Assembly: GCA_050947035.1 (NCBI GenBank)
Contig: JBMNVW010000001.1
Span: 48,967-112,966 of the forward strand
Source: Patescibacteria group bacterium
GTDB taxonomy: Bacteria > Patescibacteriota > Microgenomatia > 0-14-0-10-38-17
Direction of reading: 5' to 3'
DNA length: 64,000 nt
The position numbers were made by a program, and so were the translations under genes. Under the pieces are notes generated by a model that was given only the letters and a program-made list of their open reading frames with translations, ran no database searches and was not told the DNA's origin. Shown one piece after another: positions 28,170 through 37,933 of the stretch; position 1 is the first letter of the stretch, and each line of letters begins with the position of its first letter.

Positions 28170-29081
28170 ATGAACAACCTTAAGGCCGTAATCACCTCCC
28201 TAAGGCCCTATCAGTGGATTAAAAATTTAGCTATTTATTCGGCGATTCTTTTTACTGGTCATCTTTTTGACGAAAACTATTTTCTAATCACCACCGCCGG
28301 TTTCGTAATTTTTTCTCTTCTTTCTTCAGCCTCATACTTGCTAAATGATATCGCTGATATTGCCCATGATCGGCTTCATCCAGTGAAAAAAAAGCGGCCC
28401 ATTGCCTCCGGTAAATTGCCAATAAACACCGCTTTTCAAATTTCAATTTCTCTTTTTATTTTTGGTTTAGCGGGAGCCTTTTTAATCAATAAAAATTTCT
28501 TTTTTATTTCTTTAGTTTTTTCTCTTCTTCATCTTGTCTACTCCTTTTTTCTAAAAAAACACCCCCCCCTAGATATCTTGGCTATTGCCACTTCCTTTGT
28601 TTTGCGCACCTTGGCCGGGGAAACACTAACCGGATTCCATATCCCTATCTGGTTAATCTTTTCAGTAATTTTCTTGTCTTTATTCATTGCCAGTGGTAAA
28701 AGAAGGTCGGAATTATTAAAAGAGGGCCAAGAAACCAGACCAGCTCTAAAACAATATCGCCAGGAATTGCTAAATTCTTATTTATCTATTTTTGGCACCG
28801 CCACTCTAATTTCTTATGCCCTTTTTACCTTTACCGCCTCACCACCAGACTTTAGTGGTAAGCTTTTAAGTTTTTTATTGGCCAATTATCCTAAAACTGT
28901 TGACCGAAAATGGCTAATGCTCTCTGTCCCCTTTGTCATCATCGGCCTAATGCGCTACGCTCAACTGGTCTTCTTGGTTCAAGAAGGGGAAGCACCGGAA
29001 AAAACCATCAAAGATCCTTACCTATTTCTTTCTATTTTGAGTTGGGGAGCCACTATTTTTGCCATCATTTATGTCTTCTAG
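28170..29081 (+). CDS. UbiA-family polyprenyl-phosphate 5-phosphoribosyltransferase (DPPRT-like, Rv3806c family)
   Basis: 303 aa, 8-9 TM helices. LRPYQWIKNLAIYSAIL, YLLNDIADIAHDRLHPVKKKRPIASGKL (NDxxDxxxD) and ASGKRRSELL align closely with mycobacterial decaprenyl-phosphate phosphoribosyltransferase. Confidence 0.85.
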   Translation: MNNLKAVITSLRPYQWIKNLAIYSAILFTGHLFDENYFLITTAGFVIFSLLSSASYLLNDIADIAHDRLHPVKKKRPIASGKLPINTAFQISISLFIFGLAGAFLINKNFFFISLVFSLLHLVYSFFLKKHPPLDILAIATSFVLRTLAGETLTGFHIPIWLIFSVIFLSLFIASGKRRSELLKEGQETRPALKQYRQELLNSYLSIFGTATLISYALFTFTASPPDFSGKLLSFLLANYPKTVDRKWLMLSVPFVIIGLMRYAQLVFLVQEGEAPEKTIKDPYLFLSILSWGATIFAIIYVF

Positions 29082-30675
29082 GAAAAAAGTCTTTTTCCTA
29101 ATTATTATTTTAGCTTTGGCGCTTTTCTTTCGCTTTGCTGGTCTTGATTGGGGAGGAGGCCACTATTTTCATCCTGACGAAAATAATATGGCCCAAGCCG
29201 TTCTTTCCCTAGAAAAAAATGGTCAACCCGATTTTTATGCTTATGGTCAGTTACCGCTTTTTTTGACCCTTTTTTCGGCTCGAACCTATAAACTGTTTTC
29301 TTTTATTCACCAGCAAAACCAGCTGGACTTTTCGGAGGCCATATTTTTCCTCCGCTTTTGGTCAGCAATAGCCGGAGTAACCACTGTTTTTTTGGTTTAC
29401 CTATTGGGAAAAAAACTAATTAACACCCAATCAGGGATAATGGCCGCTTTGGTTACCGCCTTTTTGCCCGGTTTAATTCAAGCCAGCCACTTCGGTACCA
29501 CCGAGTCTTATTTGGCCCTTTTCTATTTGGCAACTGCTTATTTTTCTTTAAATATTTACCAAGAAAAAAATCGCAAAAACTTCTTGTTCACCGGTTTATT
29601 TTTAGGGCTAGGACTAGCTACTAAAATATCAGCCGCTGCCTTTTTCCTCTTGCCGCTTACTGCCAGCGCTCTGGCCGGTAAAAACAAAAAAAGGCCGATA
29701 GGGGATTTAGCTAAAAATCTTTTTGCTGGCGGTCTTCTTGCCGTTATCACTTGGCTGATCTTTTCTCCTTTTTTAATCATTAACTTTTCCCAAACTCTAA
29801 CCACCCTAAAGTATGAAATTGCTGTTGCCAAAGGGGAAGTTATTCCTTTTTATACTCGACAATTCCTAAACACTATCCCTTTTTGGTTTCAGGCCAAAAG
29901 GGTCTTGCCCTTTTTGCTGGGCTGGCCGGTTTTTATTATTTACTTATTGGGAATAGTTAGATTAGTGAAAGAAAAAAAGAAGGCTCCTCTCTGGTTGATT
30001 ATTCTTTTACCAAGTTTGATTTTCTTTCTTTATCAGGGACAGTTATTTGTTAAGTGGACTCGTTTTATGGTACCGATCGTCCCTGTTTTTCCACTGCTGT
30101 TTGCTAAAGCAATTAATAAAATATCTAAGCCACTACAATATATTGTACTAATAGTTTCTTGCTTGCCGGGACTTTTTTTCTTCGACTTAGTTTATAATCA
30201 ACCCAATATTCGCTGGCAATTTTCCTCTTGGGCTAAAGAAAATCTACCTAAAAATTCACTTATCTTATCCGAATCAGGCAACGTTATTAATCTTCCCATT
30301 AATACTAACCATCAAGTCATTAACTTTGATTTTTATCAACTAGAAGAGGGGCAAAATTTAAAACTCCTTTGTCAACATCTTGAAGGGGCTGATTATATTC
30401 TTGTTCCCAGCCGAAGAGTTTTTGCCAACCACCAAGAGAACCAATTTCCCAATATTGCCGACTACTACCAAAAGCTTTTTTCCAACCAATTAGGTTTCTC
30501 TTTAGTAAAAACCTTTTCTCCTACTAGTCGTTATCCTTTAGCTAATCTTTATTATCAAAAAAGCGAAATCAGGGCTGAGGAGACCTGGACTGTCTTTGAT
30601 CATCCCACCATTAGGCTGTATCAAAAAAATAAACCCCTATCAACAGAGGAATATTGTCACATTTTAACCTATTAA
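29059..30675 (+). CDS. GT-C fold membrane glycosyltransferase, paralog 1 (PMT/ArnT-like, HPDE motif)
   Basis: 538 aa polytopic protein; first extracytoplasmic loop GGHYFHPDENNMAQAV. The start may be the internal Met at 29071. Confidence 0.6.
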   Translation: MPSFMSSRKKVFFLIIILALALFFRFAGLDWGGGHYFHPDENNMAQAVLSLEKNGQPDFYAYGQLPLFLTLFSARTYKLFSFIHQQNQLDFSEAIFFLRFWSAIAGVTTVFLVYLLGKKLINTQSGIMAALVTAFLPGLIQASHFGTTESYLALFYLATAYFSLNIYQEKNRKNFLFTGLFLGLGLATKISAAAFFLLPLTASALAGKNKKRPIGDLAKNLFAGGLLAVITWLIFSPFLIINFSQTLTTLKYEIAVAKGEVIPFYTRQFLNTIPFWFQAKRVLPFLLGWPVFIIYLLGIVRLVKEKKKAPLWLIILLPSLIFFLYQGQLFVKWTRFMVPIVPVFPLLFAKAINKISKPLQYIVLIVSCLPGLFFFDLVYNQPNIRWQFSSWAKENLPKNSLILSESGNVINLPINTNHQVINFDFYQLEEGQNLKLLCQHLEGADYILVPSRRVFANHQENQFPNIADYYQKLFSNQLGFSLVKTFSPTSRYPLANLYYQKSEIRAEETWTVFDHPTIRLYQKNKPLSTEEYCHILTY

Positions 30676-30696
30676 ATAAAATTAATAATCAACTAA

Positions 30697-32361
30697 ATGA
30701 CTAACAAAAAAAAACTTCTTTTTTTCTTAATCATTATTTTGTTAGCCGGTTTTTTTCGGTTTTTGGGTTTAAGTTGGGACCAAGGCCAAATGCTTCATCC
30801 CGACGAAAGGTTCTTAATGATGGTAACCAACAACCTTGATTGGCCCCAAAACTGGTCTAGTTTTTTTAATACCGATCTTTCTCCCCTTAATCCCCATAAT
30901 CGAGGTTACGATTTTTTTGTTTATGGCACTTTGCCGATTTTTTTGCTTAAAAAATTGGCCAATATTTTTGGCATAAGCGGCTATCAAGACCTTCTTCTGT
31001 TAGGTCGATCTTTGTCGGCCACTTTTGATCTTGCTTCTGTGGTTTTGGTCATCCTTATCGGCCAAAAACTTTTCCCCAAAAAATCGATCGGTCTTTGGGC
31101 CGGTCTTTTCTACGCTATTAGCGTTTTACCTATGCAACTGGCTCATTTTTACACCACGGATGTCTTTTTAAACTTTTTTTTACTAGTCGCTTTTTATTGG
31201 CTGGTGCTTTTTAGCCAAAAGGGAAAGGTCGGCCCTTTAATCTTGTCGGCAGTTTTTTGGGGAATGGCAGCCGCCTGCAAAATTACCGCCCTATTTTTTG
31301 GCCCCGTCTTAGCCGCCGTAGTTTTTTTCCAAAATAAAAAAAGATTTTTATCTAAACTGATAATTGCTCTTTTGGCTTTTTTTATTACCTGGCGCCTTTT
31401 CCAGCCCTATGCTTTTACCGGCCTTTTTACCCCTAATCAAAAATTCTTGGCTAATCTTGCCTCACTTAAAAATTTTAGCCGACCCGATTCTCTCTATCCT
31501 CCCTCTGTCCAGTGGCTAAACACCCGGCCGATTCTTTATTCTTTAAAAAACTTGACCCTTTGGGGCCTAGGGATACCGCTATTCGTTATTATAATTACCA
31601 GCCTATTCTTTTTCCCTCTTTATCTTAAGAAGAAAAAAATATTTTCCCAAGAGATAATCTATTATTGTCTTTATTTTTGGCCCCTGGCTCTTTTCTTTTA
31701 CCAAGCTTGCCAGTTTGTTAAACCAATGCGCTATCTTCTGCCTATTTATCCCTTTTGGTCAATTATTGGCGCCTGGGGGATAAGAAAAATTATAAATAAT
31801 AATGGCCAAGTTGGTTCTAAAATAGTTTGGGTTTTGGCTGGGTTAGCCTTTATTTGGCCCTTAAGTTTTATCAGTATTTATCTTCGCCCCCATTCCCGCC
31901 TCCAAGCCTCAAGCTGGATTTATGATCACATTAGCCCCGGCTCAACTTTATCTTGTGAGCACTGGGATGACTGTTTGCCCTTATCGGTCGAGAGCAAAAG
32001 CTGGCAGAGTCAGCCTTACCAAATCGAAACTCTTTCTCTTTATGATCCAGAAAGCCCGGAAAAATGGCAGAAAATAAATCACCAGCTGGAAAAAATCGAC
32101 TATTTAATCTTGTCTTCTAATCGTCTTTGGGGCAGTATTCCCAAAAACCCCAAGCGATATCCCAAAACAACCAAATTCTATCAAGATTTGTTTCGAGATA
32201 AACTGCAATTTAAAAAAGTGGCCGAGTTTACCTCTTTGCCCTGTTTTCCTCCCGGCCTGGACTGGTTTTGTTTTAATGACCAGGGGGCGGATGAATCTTT
32301 TACTGTTTACGACCACCCTCAAGTTATTATTTATCAAAAAGCCAATCATAGCAGTCAATAG
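30697..32361 (+). CDS. GT-C fold membrane glycosyltransferase, paralog 2 (PMT/ArnT-like, HPDE motif)
   Basis: 554 aa; N-terminus LLFFLIIILLAGFFRFLGLSWDQGQMLHPDERF parallels the upstream paralog. Confidence 0.6.
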   Translation: MTNKKKLLFFLIIILLAGFFRFLGLSWDQGQMLHPDERFLMMVTNNLDWPQNWSSFFNTDLSPLNPHNRGYDFFVYGTLPIFLLKKLANIFGISGYQDLLLLGRSLSATFDLASVVLVILIGQKLFPKKSIGLWAGLFYAISVLPMQLAHFYTTDVFLNFFLLVAFYWLVLFSQKGKVGPLILSAVFWGMAAACKITALFFGPVLAAVVFFQNKKRFLSKLIIALLAFFITWRLFQPYAFTGLFTPNQKFLANLASLKNFSRPDSLYPPSVQWLNTRPILYSLKNLTLWGLGIPLFVIIITSLFFFPLYLKKKKIFSQEIIYYCLYFWPLALFFYQACQFVKPMRYLLPIYPFWSIIGAWGIRKIINNNGQVGSKIVWVLAGLAFIWPLSFISIYLRPHSRLQASSWIYDHISPGSTLSCEHWDDCLPLSVESKSWQSQPYQIETLSLYDPESPEKWQKINHQLEKIDYLILSSNRLWGSIPKNPKRYPKTTKFYQDLFRDKLQFKKVAEFTSLPCFPPGLDWFCFNDQGADESFTVYDHPQVIIYQKANHSSQ

Positions 32362-33457
32362 TTTTTTGATAAGAAAAAATCTCTTCAGCCTTGCTTTTAT
32401 CAACGGCTGTTTTAGGACCACTTAAAAGGCTAACAATTTTTTTAGCTAAATCGGAAGAATCGCCCACCAAGAAAGTCTTGCCAAAACCGGTTTTTTCAAC
32501 CGGCTCTCTTACTCCAGGTAAATTAGCCGCCACTACCGGCCTACCAAAAAGCATCGCCTCAACTTGAACAATACCAAAAGATTCCAGAGTATCATCGCTT
32601 GGCAAAACCAAAAGGTCAATGACTTGATAAAAAGCGGCCAATTGTTTTTGGTCAAGAGGGCCTAAAAAAAGAATATTTTCGGAATATTTTTTAATTTCTG
32701 GGGCAATTTCTTGGGCAAAATCTTCGCCAATAATTTTCTTTGGACCGGCTAAAATAATCTTAAAAGAGGCCAGCTCTTTTTTTAAAATGGGAATCGCCTT
32801 TAGCAAGATCGGCAAACCCTTTTGGCGGGCAATTCTACCCGAAAAACCGATCCGATATTTTACTCCCGACAACTTTTGAGACAATTCTTTTTTATAAGCC
32901 TTGTCAGGCTGGGCAACGACTACCGGCGGATAGGTAAAAACCAACTTTTGCCTAAAGCGCGATAAAAACCGAGAATGATTAGCATAGTCTTTGGTATAAA
33001 CCACGATTTTATCAGCCAGACTGGCCGTTATAATCTGCGACAGGTTAACCACCCCTTCCGACAGACGATTAAAAAATCCCGGCCAGCCGGAAAGATCAGT
33101 ATGATGAGTCAAAATTAGCCTTTTTTTTAAAATTTTGGCCCAAAAGGCTAAAAAAATTGCCTCAAATTGAGGCAAGTGGCAATTGACTACATCGGCTTCT
33201 TTTACTAGTCGATAAGAAGAAAAGGGAAAAAGGGGCATTATTACTCCCTTGCCCAAACAAAAAGCTACCCAGTCCCGAATAATTGTTAAACCGGCTTTTT
33301 TTTCTCTCTTAGGCAAATCTGGTTGGTGCCGAGAAGTTAAAATCGTAACTTGATGGCCTCGGGCTAACAAGCCTTGGGCTAACCTTTTAGCATAAATTGT
33401 TACCCCGGAAATATTGGGCTCAAAGTAGGTTAAAGAGATTAAAATTTTCATCGTCAA
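32327..33457 (-). CDS. Glycosyltransferase family 4 (GT-B fold)
   Basis: 376 aa; C-terminal EAMLFGRPVVAANLPGVREPVE (E-x7-E) motif. Confidence 0.8.
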   Translation of the reverse strand: MTMKILISLTYFEPNISGVTIYAKRLAQGLLARGHQVTILTSRHQPDLPKREKKAGLTIIRDWVAFCLGKGVIMPLFPFSSYRLVKEADVVNCHLPQFEAIFLAFWAKILKKRLILTHHTDLSGWPGFFNRLSEGVVNLSQIITASLADKIVVYTKDYANHSRFLSRFRQKLVFTYPPVVVAQPDKAYKKELSQKLSGVKYRIGFSGRIARQKGLPILLKAIPILKKELASFKIILAGPKKIIGEDFAQEIAPEIKKYSENILFLGPLDQKQLAAFYQVIDLLVLPSDDTLESFGIVQVEAMLFGRPVVAANLPGVREPVEKTGFGKTFLVGDSSDLAKKIVSLLSGPKTAVDKSKAEEIFSYQKTIDCYDWLFDK

Positions 33458-33941
33458 CCCAATAAAACTTCGTTTGGGGAAGGTTCTCTTTCAAGAAAGA
33501 AACAATCTGCTCATCATCCTCCAAATAAATATCTAAATTAAGCTTTTTAATAATCTTTTCTTTAAAAAGATGAGGAGGCAAATTTTCTTCATTAAGGAAA
33601 ATACCACCAATGCCATTGTTTATTCCCCATCTATTAAGCCATTTTTGGGTTTCTTTTTTCAAAAAACCATAACGGCCGGAAATTAAATAAACTTCAACAT
33701 CTGGGTCCTGAGCCAGCTTTTTTAAAAAGGTCAAATTTTCTTTTATCGGCGGCCGAAAAAAATAATGATGAGATAATTTTCTTAAGTGTTGCTGAAATTT
33801 GCTAGTGGGAAAACGATAAACCAACCCCTCTTTTCCACCGCGAAAAAGCCTCTCTAAAAACTTCTTTGGTACTAAGGGAGGGCGGCCAATAATCACCCCA
33901 TCCAAATCAAAACCAATTTTTATTTTTTTTCTTTGGGCCAT
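33420..33941 (-). CDS. HAD-superfamily hydrolase/phosphatase-like protein
   Basis: 173 aa; motif I FDLDGVII near the N-terminus. Confidence 0.55.
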   Translation of the reverse strand: MAQRKKIKIGFDLDGVIIGRPPLVPKKFLERLFRGGKEGLVYRFPTSKFQQHLRKLSHHYFFRPPIKENLTFLKKLAQDPDVEVYLISGRYGFLKKETQKWLNRWGINNGIGGIFLNEENLPPHLFKEKIIKKLNLDIYLEDDEQIVSFLKENLPQTKFYWVDDENFNLFNLL

Positions 33942-34020
33942 TATTCAAAAATCTTTCTTAGATTATAACAAGTTTTGGACTTTGTTTTTTTCTTAAAATT
34001 CATACCCTAAAAATAGATAC

Positions 34021-34118
34021 CCACGGGCAAAGCCCGTGGTTCTTGTGTTTCGCCCTGAGCACTCGTCTTCGGCGAGTGAACTATTGATATCGGCTTTATC
34101 CATGGGTATAACCCATGG
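34021..34118. other. Cluster of three GC-rich perfect hairpins (candidate structured RNA / terminator array)
   Basis: CCACGGGC-AAA-GCCCGTGG (34021..34039), CACTCG-TCTTCGG-CGAGTG (34060..34078, UUCG-type loop), CCATGGGT-ATA-ACCCATGG (34100..34118), in an otherwise AT-rich spacer. Confidence 0.5.
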
Positions 34119-34200
34119 TTTTCACCTTTCTTAAAATAAAAGAGCCAACCCAACCCTTAGAGTAGCTTAGGTTTCCCATCTCTGCCTGTTTGCTTGTTTT

Positions 34201-34255
34201 TCTAAAGGTCCGAAGCTGTTTAACCCTAAGGGTCGGATAGCTTCGGACCTTTAGA
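34201..34255. repeat. REP-like element, copy E (full), 3' of the 1024-aa secreted-protein gene
   Basis: TCTAAAGGTCCGAAGCTGTTTAACCCTAAGGGTCGGATAGCTTCGGACCTTTAGA; identical to copy D. Confidence 0.85.
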
Positions 34256-34300
34256 AGGAGCCGGATAAATAGGCTAAATACTAAATACTAAATACTATTT

Positions 34301-37300
34301 TTACGGGGCCAGTTCCTGCCAAATTTGGGGACTGTAACGAAAAACTTTTGGAGCAGTAAAAAAGTATTTCGGGTCAAAACGGAAAAATTCCGCTGATAAA
34401 GTTTCATTATTCGAGCCCAAATCCCGGCCTAAAGAGAAACCATTACGAGCAAAGAAAATCCCCCGGCCAATAAAGCGACTAGAAGAAACGCTAGTGGTTA
34501 TCTGATCACCGGCAACAAAAACACCCAAGGCCGAAGCGGTACCAATGTAAACACCGGAGGTGTCACCAGTGTTACCGGTGAAGTTAATACTGCCTGAAGC
34601 AATTAAGGCAAAAAAGTCAGCCGGAGCCAATTGTTCACCATCTTCCAAACTAACCTCAACATCGCCATCAAAGAGAACAATTACTTTTCGCCCCGAAAAA
34701 TCAGCCGAATCAGTAAATAATAAGGTTCCGTCACCACCCGGCTCCTGATAAACAAAAACCTCCTTACTGGGATTACCATTAATGGCATTAACAACTGCAT
34801 CCCCCTCACCGCCTTCAACCCAAACAATCTCTTCGTTGGCCTGGTTTAGATCCAAAAGAGAAGCAAAATAATTATAAGTGTAACGATCGGCCAAACGGGA
34901 AAGATCAGCCTCAACCAACCAATCATCATTATCAGGATTAGATTTTGTCGCCGCTAGGGCGTCACCAAATTCCTTAGCGGTTCCTTGCGGGGAAGCAATA
35001 ATAGCAGAAGAACCAAAATCACCAGAATCAAGGGAAAAATATCTGGCCCAATCGGAAACACTGCTAGAAACCAAAGAAGAAACACCATTATGGCCATATA
35101 CATTGCCCGATTGGCCCTGGAACCAGCCAACCGGAGACAGAGTTTCAAAGCACCAAACTTCGGAATCGGCCGTTAGAGCGCCATTGTCGGCCCGCACCCC
35201 CCAACAATAGCGGGTATCATAACTAACGTCCAAGCCAACGCTGCTCGTGTTCTCATCAACCGTCTGGTAACTACCCAAGGCAGAAAACTCCGGTGTGCCG
35301 GAAGGAACTTCGTTAACAAAAACCTCGAAGCTGTTATTATTGCCGGCGGAATTTACCCCCCACGCTCCATCATGGGTCCAGACTAAGGAAACATCATCAA
35401 TCCGAATTTGGGCTCCATCAGGAGGCTGGGAAAGAGAGGGGGCAGTTGGCGGTGAAATCGGTTCTGGACACTCGCAAATACTAAAATTTTCAAAAGCCGA
35501 TTGCTGAAGATACCCGCCACAGCCGTGCTTAGTTCCCTTGCTCGTTAGGGTGGCCGTTATGGTACCATCCTGAGGAACAATCCTCATTGTTTTTTCCTGC
35601 CAGTCACATTCTTTATCCACTATCATATAGTCTACCGTGCTTAAACTGCCTGATTCCAACTTCATAAAGGGTCTGGTTTGAGATTCACAATCAAAACCGG
35701 GAGCGTGGGCATTAACACCATAACCATAAACAGACACTAAATACTCCCGATCAGAATCCAAATTCTGGATATCTAAAGATACACTATAGTCATCGTTATC
35801 ATCGTTTGATGTACCCAAAAAATTACTAGCATTATATCCTTCAATACCAGCGCAACCATCTGGACAACTATCACTTCCCCTCAAATAACAAGTCCAACTA
35901 GAACCAGTACTTTTCGGATCCCCATATTCTGTTCTCCAAACCCGCAGAAAACCACCCCAATCAAAGTTTGATACCCACTCATTATCAGTCCAAATACCAT
36001 AATCAATATAATCACCGCTGGTAAGATCTAATGGAACACATTCCCCTCCATAGCTACAAGTCTGCGAAGCGGTAAAATAAATTTCAGATTCCCCCCACAA
36101 AGTAGTATCGTCAGAGGCATCGGCTGATTCATCCTTGCAAACGGGGTCGCTATGACCACCATAGTAAACCCCGGCCGTATACGGCCCGGCCGGATACTGC
36201 CTCACCGGCAACTCATAGGCCCGATCATCAGGAGCCGCCTGAACATTATTAGTATTCCAAATACAGGTTCGGCATCTTCCCTCATCTCCTCCCCAACTAC
36301 AGCCATTGTCCACCGATTCATCTTTGAACCCTCCAGCCTCACAAACAACATAATCAGGTGGCAAAACTATTCCTCCCGGATTGTTTACCTTCACCTCAAT
36401 ACTGGCATAATAGCAATCATCATTGGGAGTATCAGTATTGGCCGGCTCTTGATAAACTTGAATTGTTACCGGCTCTCCCACCTCGTGTTCTGTGCCAACA
36501 ATATTGACTTTTATCCGGGCAGCTTCTTCCTGAGAAGAAGGACAGCTACAGCAAATATCCCCCTCAATAGCACAGGCCCCATAGGGAGTATCGGCCACAG
36601 TGCAACCACTAGCCGCACACTGGTCAGGATTAGTGCACCACTGAGCCCCCACAGCACAACTTCCTGTTGTCGGAGTGGGATCACCGGGGGCTGAAGTTGG
36701 AGCGGTAGTCGGAACTCCACCACAAGGACCCACTGTCCAGGTGCCATAAGCATCAACTGAACCTAAACAACCATCGCAGCTGGTCCCCCAGACTCTGGCC
36801 CCACTACTACAACCACCACCATTGGTACAGCTAGTCCGATTTCCTGTTAGTTGGGCTCCCGACTGAACGACGCCGCTAACTTGACAGCAAGTCTTATACC
36901 AACCGCCATTAGCACAGCCCGTAACACAAGAGGTACTGCACCAACCAGCCAAAATTTTACCAGTATCATTTGACCCTGAAGGGTCACCATCGCAGGCATA
37001 AGCGACATTGGAACTACCTTCACAGCGATCAGCCGCCGAGCAATCCCGATATTGCCACTCCCAAGAACACTCAAAGCCAAGATCGTCAACACGAGTAACC
37101 TTACATTGAGCATCATAGGCATAGTCCCAGGTGTCCCAACCCTCAGGACAATCGGCGTTTGGCAAACAGCAAATATCCTCCGGCTTATTCCCGGGGCAGT
37201 TAGGAGTACTACAAGAAGACCCAACATAACAATCTGATGGTGGAGAACAATAAACATAATCCTCTATTTCACAAATACCATTACCGCAATACGGCGATTG

Positions 37301-37375
37301 GGCCCAAGCAGAAAAAGCCCCAAAAAACAACCCGCCCAAAAAAATTGATAAAAACAATAAGAATTTTCTAGTCAT
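34301..37375 (-). CDS. Large secreted Cys/Gly/Ser/Thr-rich protein (1024 aa; hypothetical adhesin/toxin-like)
   Basis: Signal peptide (FGAFSAWA|QSP), then more than 60 Cys in CxxC/CC-rich modules (CGNGICE, CSTPNCPGNKPEDICC), a Pro/Thr linker and a long C-terminal beta-rich region. Codon composition is visibly more GC-rich than neighbouring genes. Confidence 0.5.
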   Translation of the reverse strand: MTRKFLLFLSIFLGGLFFGAFSAWAQSPYCGNGICEIEDYVYCSPPSDCYVGSSCSTPNCPGNKPEDICCLPNADCPEGWDTWDYAYDAQCKVTRVDDLGFECSWEWQYRDCSAADRCEGSSNVAYACDGDPSGSNDTGKILAGWCSTSCVTGCANGGWYKTCCQVSGVVQSGAQLTGNRTSCTNGGGCSSGARVWGTSCDGCLGSVDAYGTWTVGPCGGVPTTAPTSAPGDPTPTTGSCAVGAQWCTNPDQCAASGCTVADTPYGACAIEGDICCSCPSSQEEAARIKVNIVGTEHEVGEPVTIQVYQEPANTDTPNDDCYYASIEVKVNNPGGIVLPPDYVVCEAGGFKDESVDNGCSWGGDEGRCRTCIWNTNNVQAAPDDRAYELPVRQYPAGPYTAGVYYGGHSDPVCKDESADASDDTTLWGESEIYFTASQTCSYGGECVPLDLTSGDYIDYGIWTDNEWVSNFDWGGFLRVWRTEYGDPKSTGSSWTCYLRGSDSCPDGCAGIEGYNASNFLGTSNDDNDDYSVSLDIQNLDSDREYLVSVYGYGVNAHAPGFDCESQTRPFMKLESGSLSTVDYMIVDKECDWQEKTMRIVPQDGTITATLTSKGTKHGCGGYLQQSAFENFSICECPEPISPPTAPSLSQPPDGAQIRIDDVSLVWTHDGAWGVNSAGNNNSFEVFVNEVPSGTPEFSALGSYQTVDENTSSVGLDVSYDTRYCWGVRADNGALTADSEVWCFETLSPVGWFQGQSGNVYGHNGVSSLVSSSVSDWARYFSLDSGDFGSSAIIASPQGTAKEFGDALAATKSNPDNDDWLVEADLSRLADRYTYNYFASLLDLNQANEEIVWVEGGEGDAVVNAINGNPSKEVFVYQEPGGDGTLLFTDSADFSGRKVIVLFDGDVEVSLEDGEQLAPADFFALIASGSINFTGNTGDTSGVYIGTASALGVFVAGDQITTSVSSSRFIGRGIFFARNGFSLGRDLGSNNETLSAEFFRFDPKYFFTAPKVFRYSPQIWQELAP

Positions 37376-37928
37376 TTTTAATAAAGTTCTGCGGCTCCAG
37401 TTTTAGCCTATCCTGATCATCGTAAACTGAGACCAAAAGATTAACTTTAAAATTAGCAATATTACCGACTCGGGCGGTTGAAATTTCTTCTGTTTGAATA
37501 ACATTATCAAAGCCTAGATAATCATCCCCCGTTAATATGTAATGGACTCTAAGATCGTTGCTGGGACTAGAAATTATCAGACCCGGATAACGACCGGTGC
37601 CGCCGCCGCTTTCTTTTAAAACAACTCCACTACCCTTTATGTGGCCAGGTAATACTGCCAAAATCGGCGTTCCCTCTGGCACCCGATAACCAACGCCAAC
37701 ATATTCCCCCTCAAGCTCAATTATTTTACCCTTAGAACAGTATTCTCTTGGAACTGGACAAGAAAAACTTTTTTGACCTTCTTCTTCTTTTAAAAAGTCA
37801 ACCCTATTATTACCGAAAAGCAGAAAATAAAAAGTCAAAAAAATACCGAAAGAAAGAAAGAGAAAAAAAACCAAAAACAAAAGCTTCTTCATAAATTTCA
37901 GTTTAGGAAAAAGGGGGGACAATGTCAA
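37368..37928 (-). CDS. Membrane-anchored hypothetical protein (186 aa)
   Basis: N-terminal TM helix; overlaps the downstream large gene by 8 nt (operon). Confidence 0.3.
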   Translation of the reverse strand: MTLSPLFPKLKFMKKLLFLVFFLFLSFGIFLTFYFLLFGNNRVDFLKEEEGQKSFSCPVPREYCSKGKIIELEGEYVGVGYRVPEGTPILAVLPGHIKGSGVVLKESGGGTGRYPGLIISSPSNDLRVHYILTGDDYLGFDNVIQTEEISTARVGNIANFKVNLLVSVYDDQDRLKLEPQNFIKND

Positions 37929-37933
37929 GAATT

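Noticed and set aside
34560-37257. Multiple plus- and minus-strand ORFs inside 34301..37375 (e.g. 36152..36694, 36847..37257)
   Set aside because: They are antisense or out of frame with the long signal-peptide-bearing 1024-aa ORF, and their translations are low-complexity.
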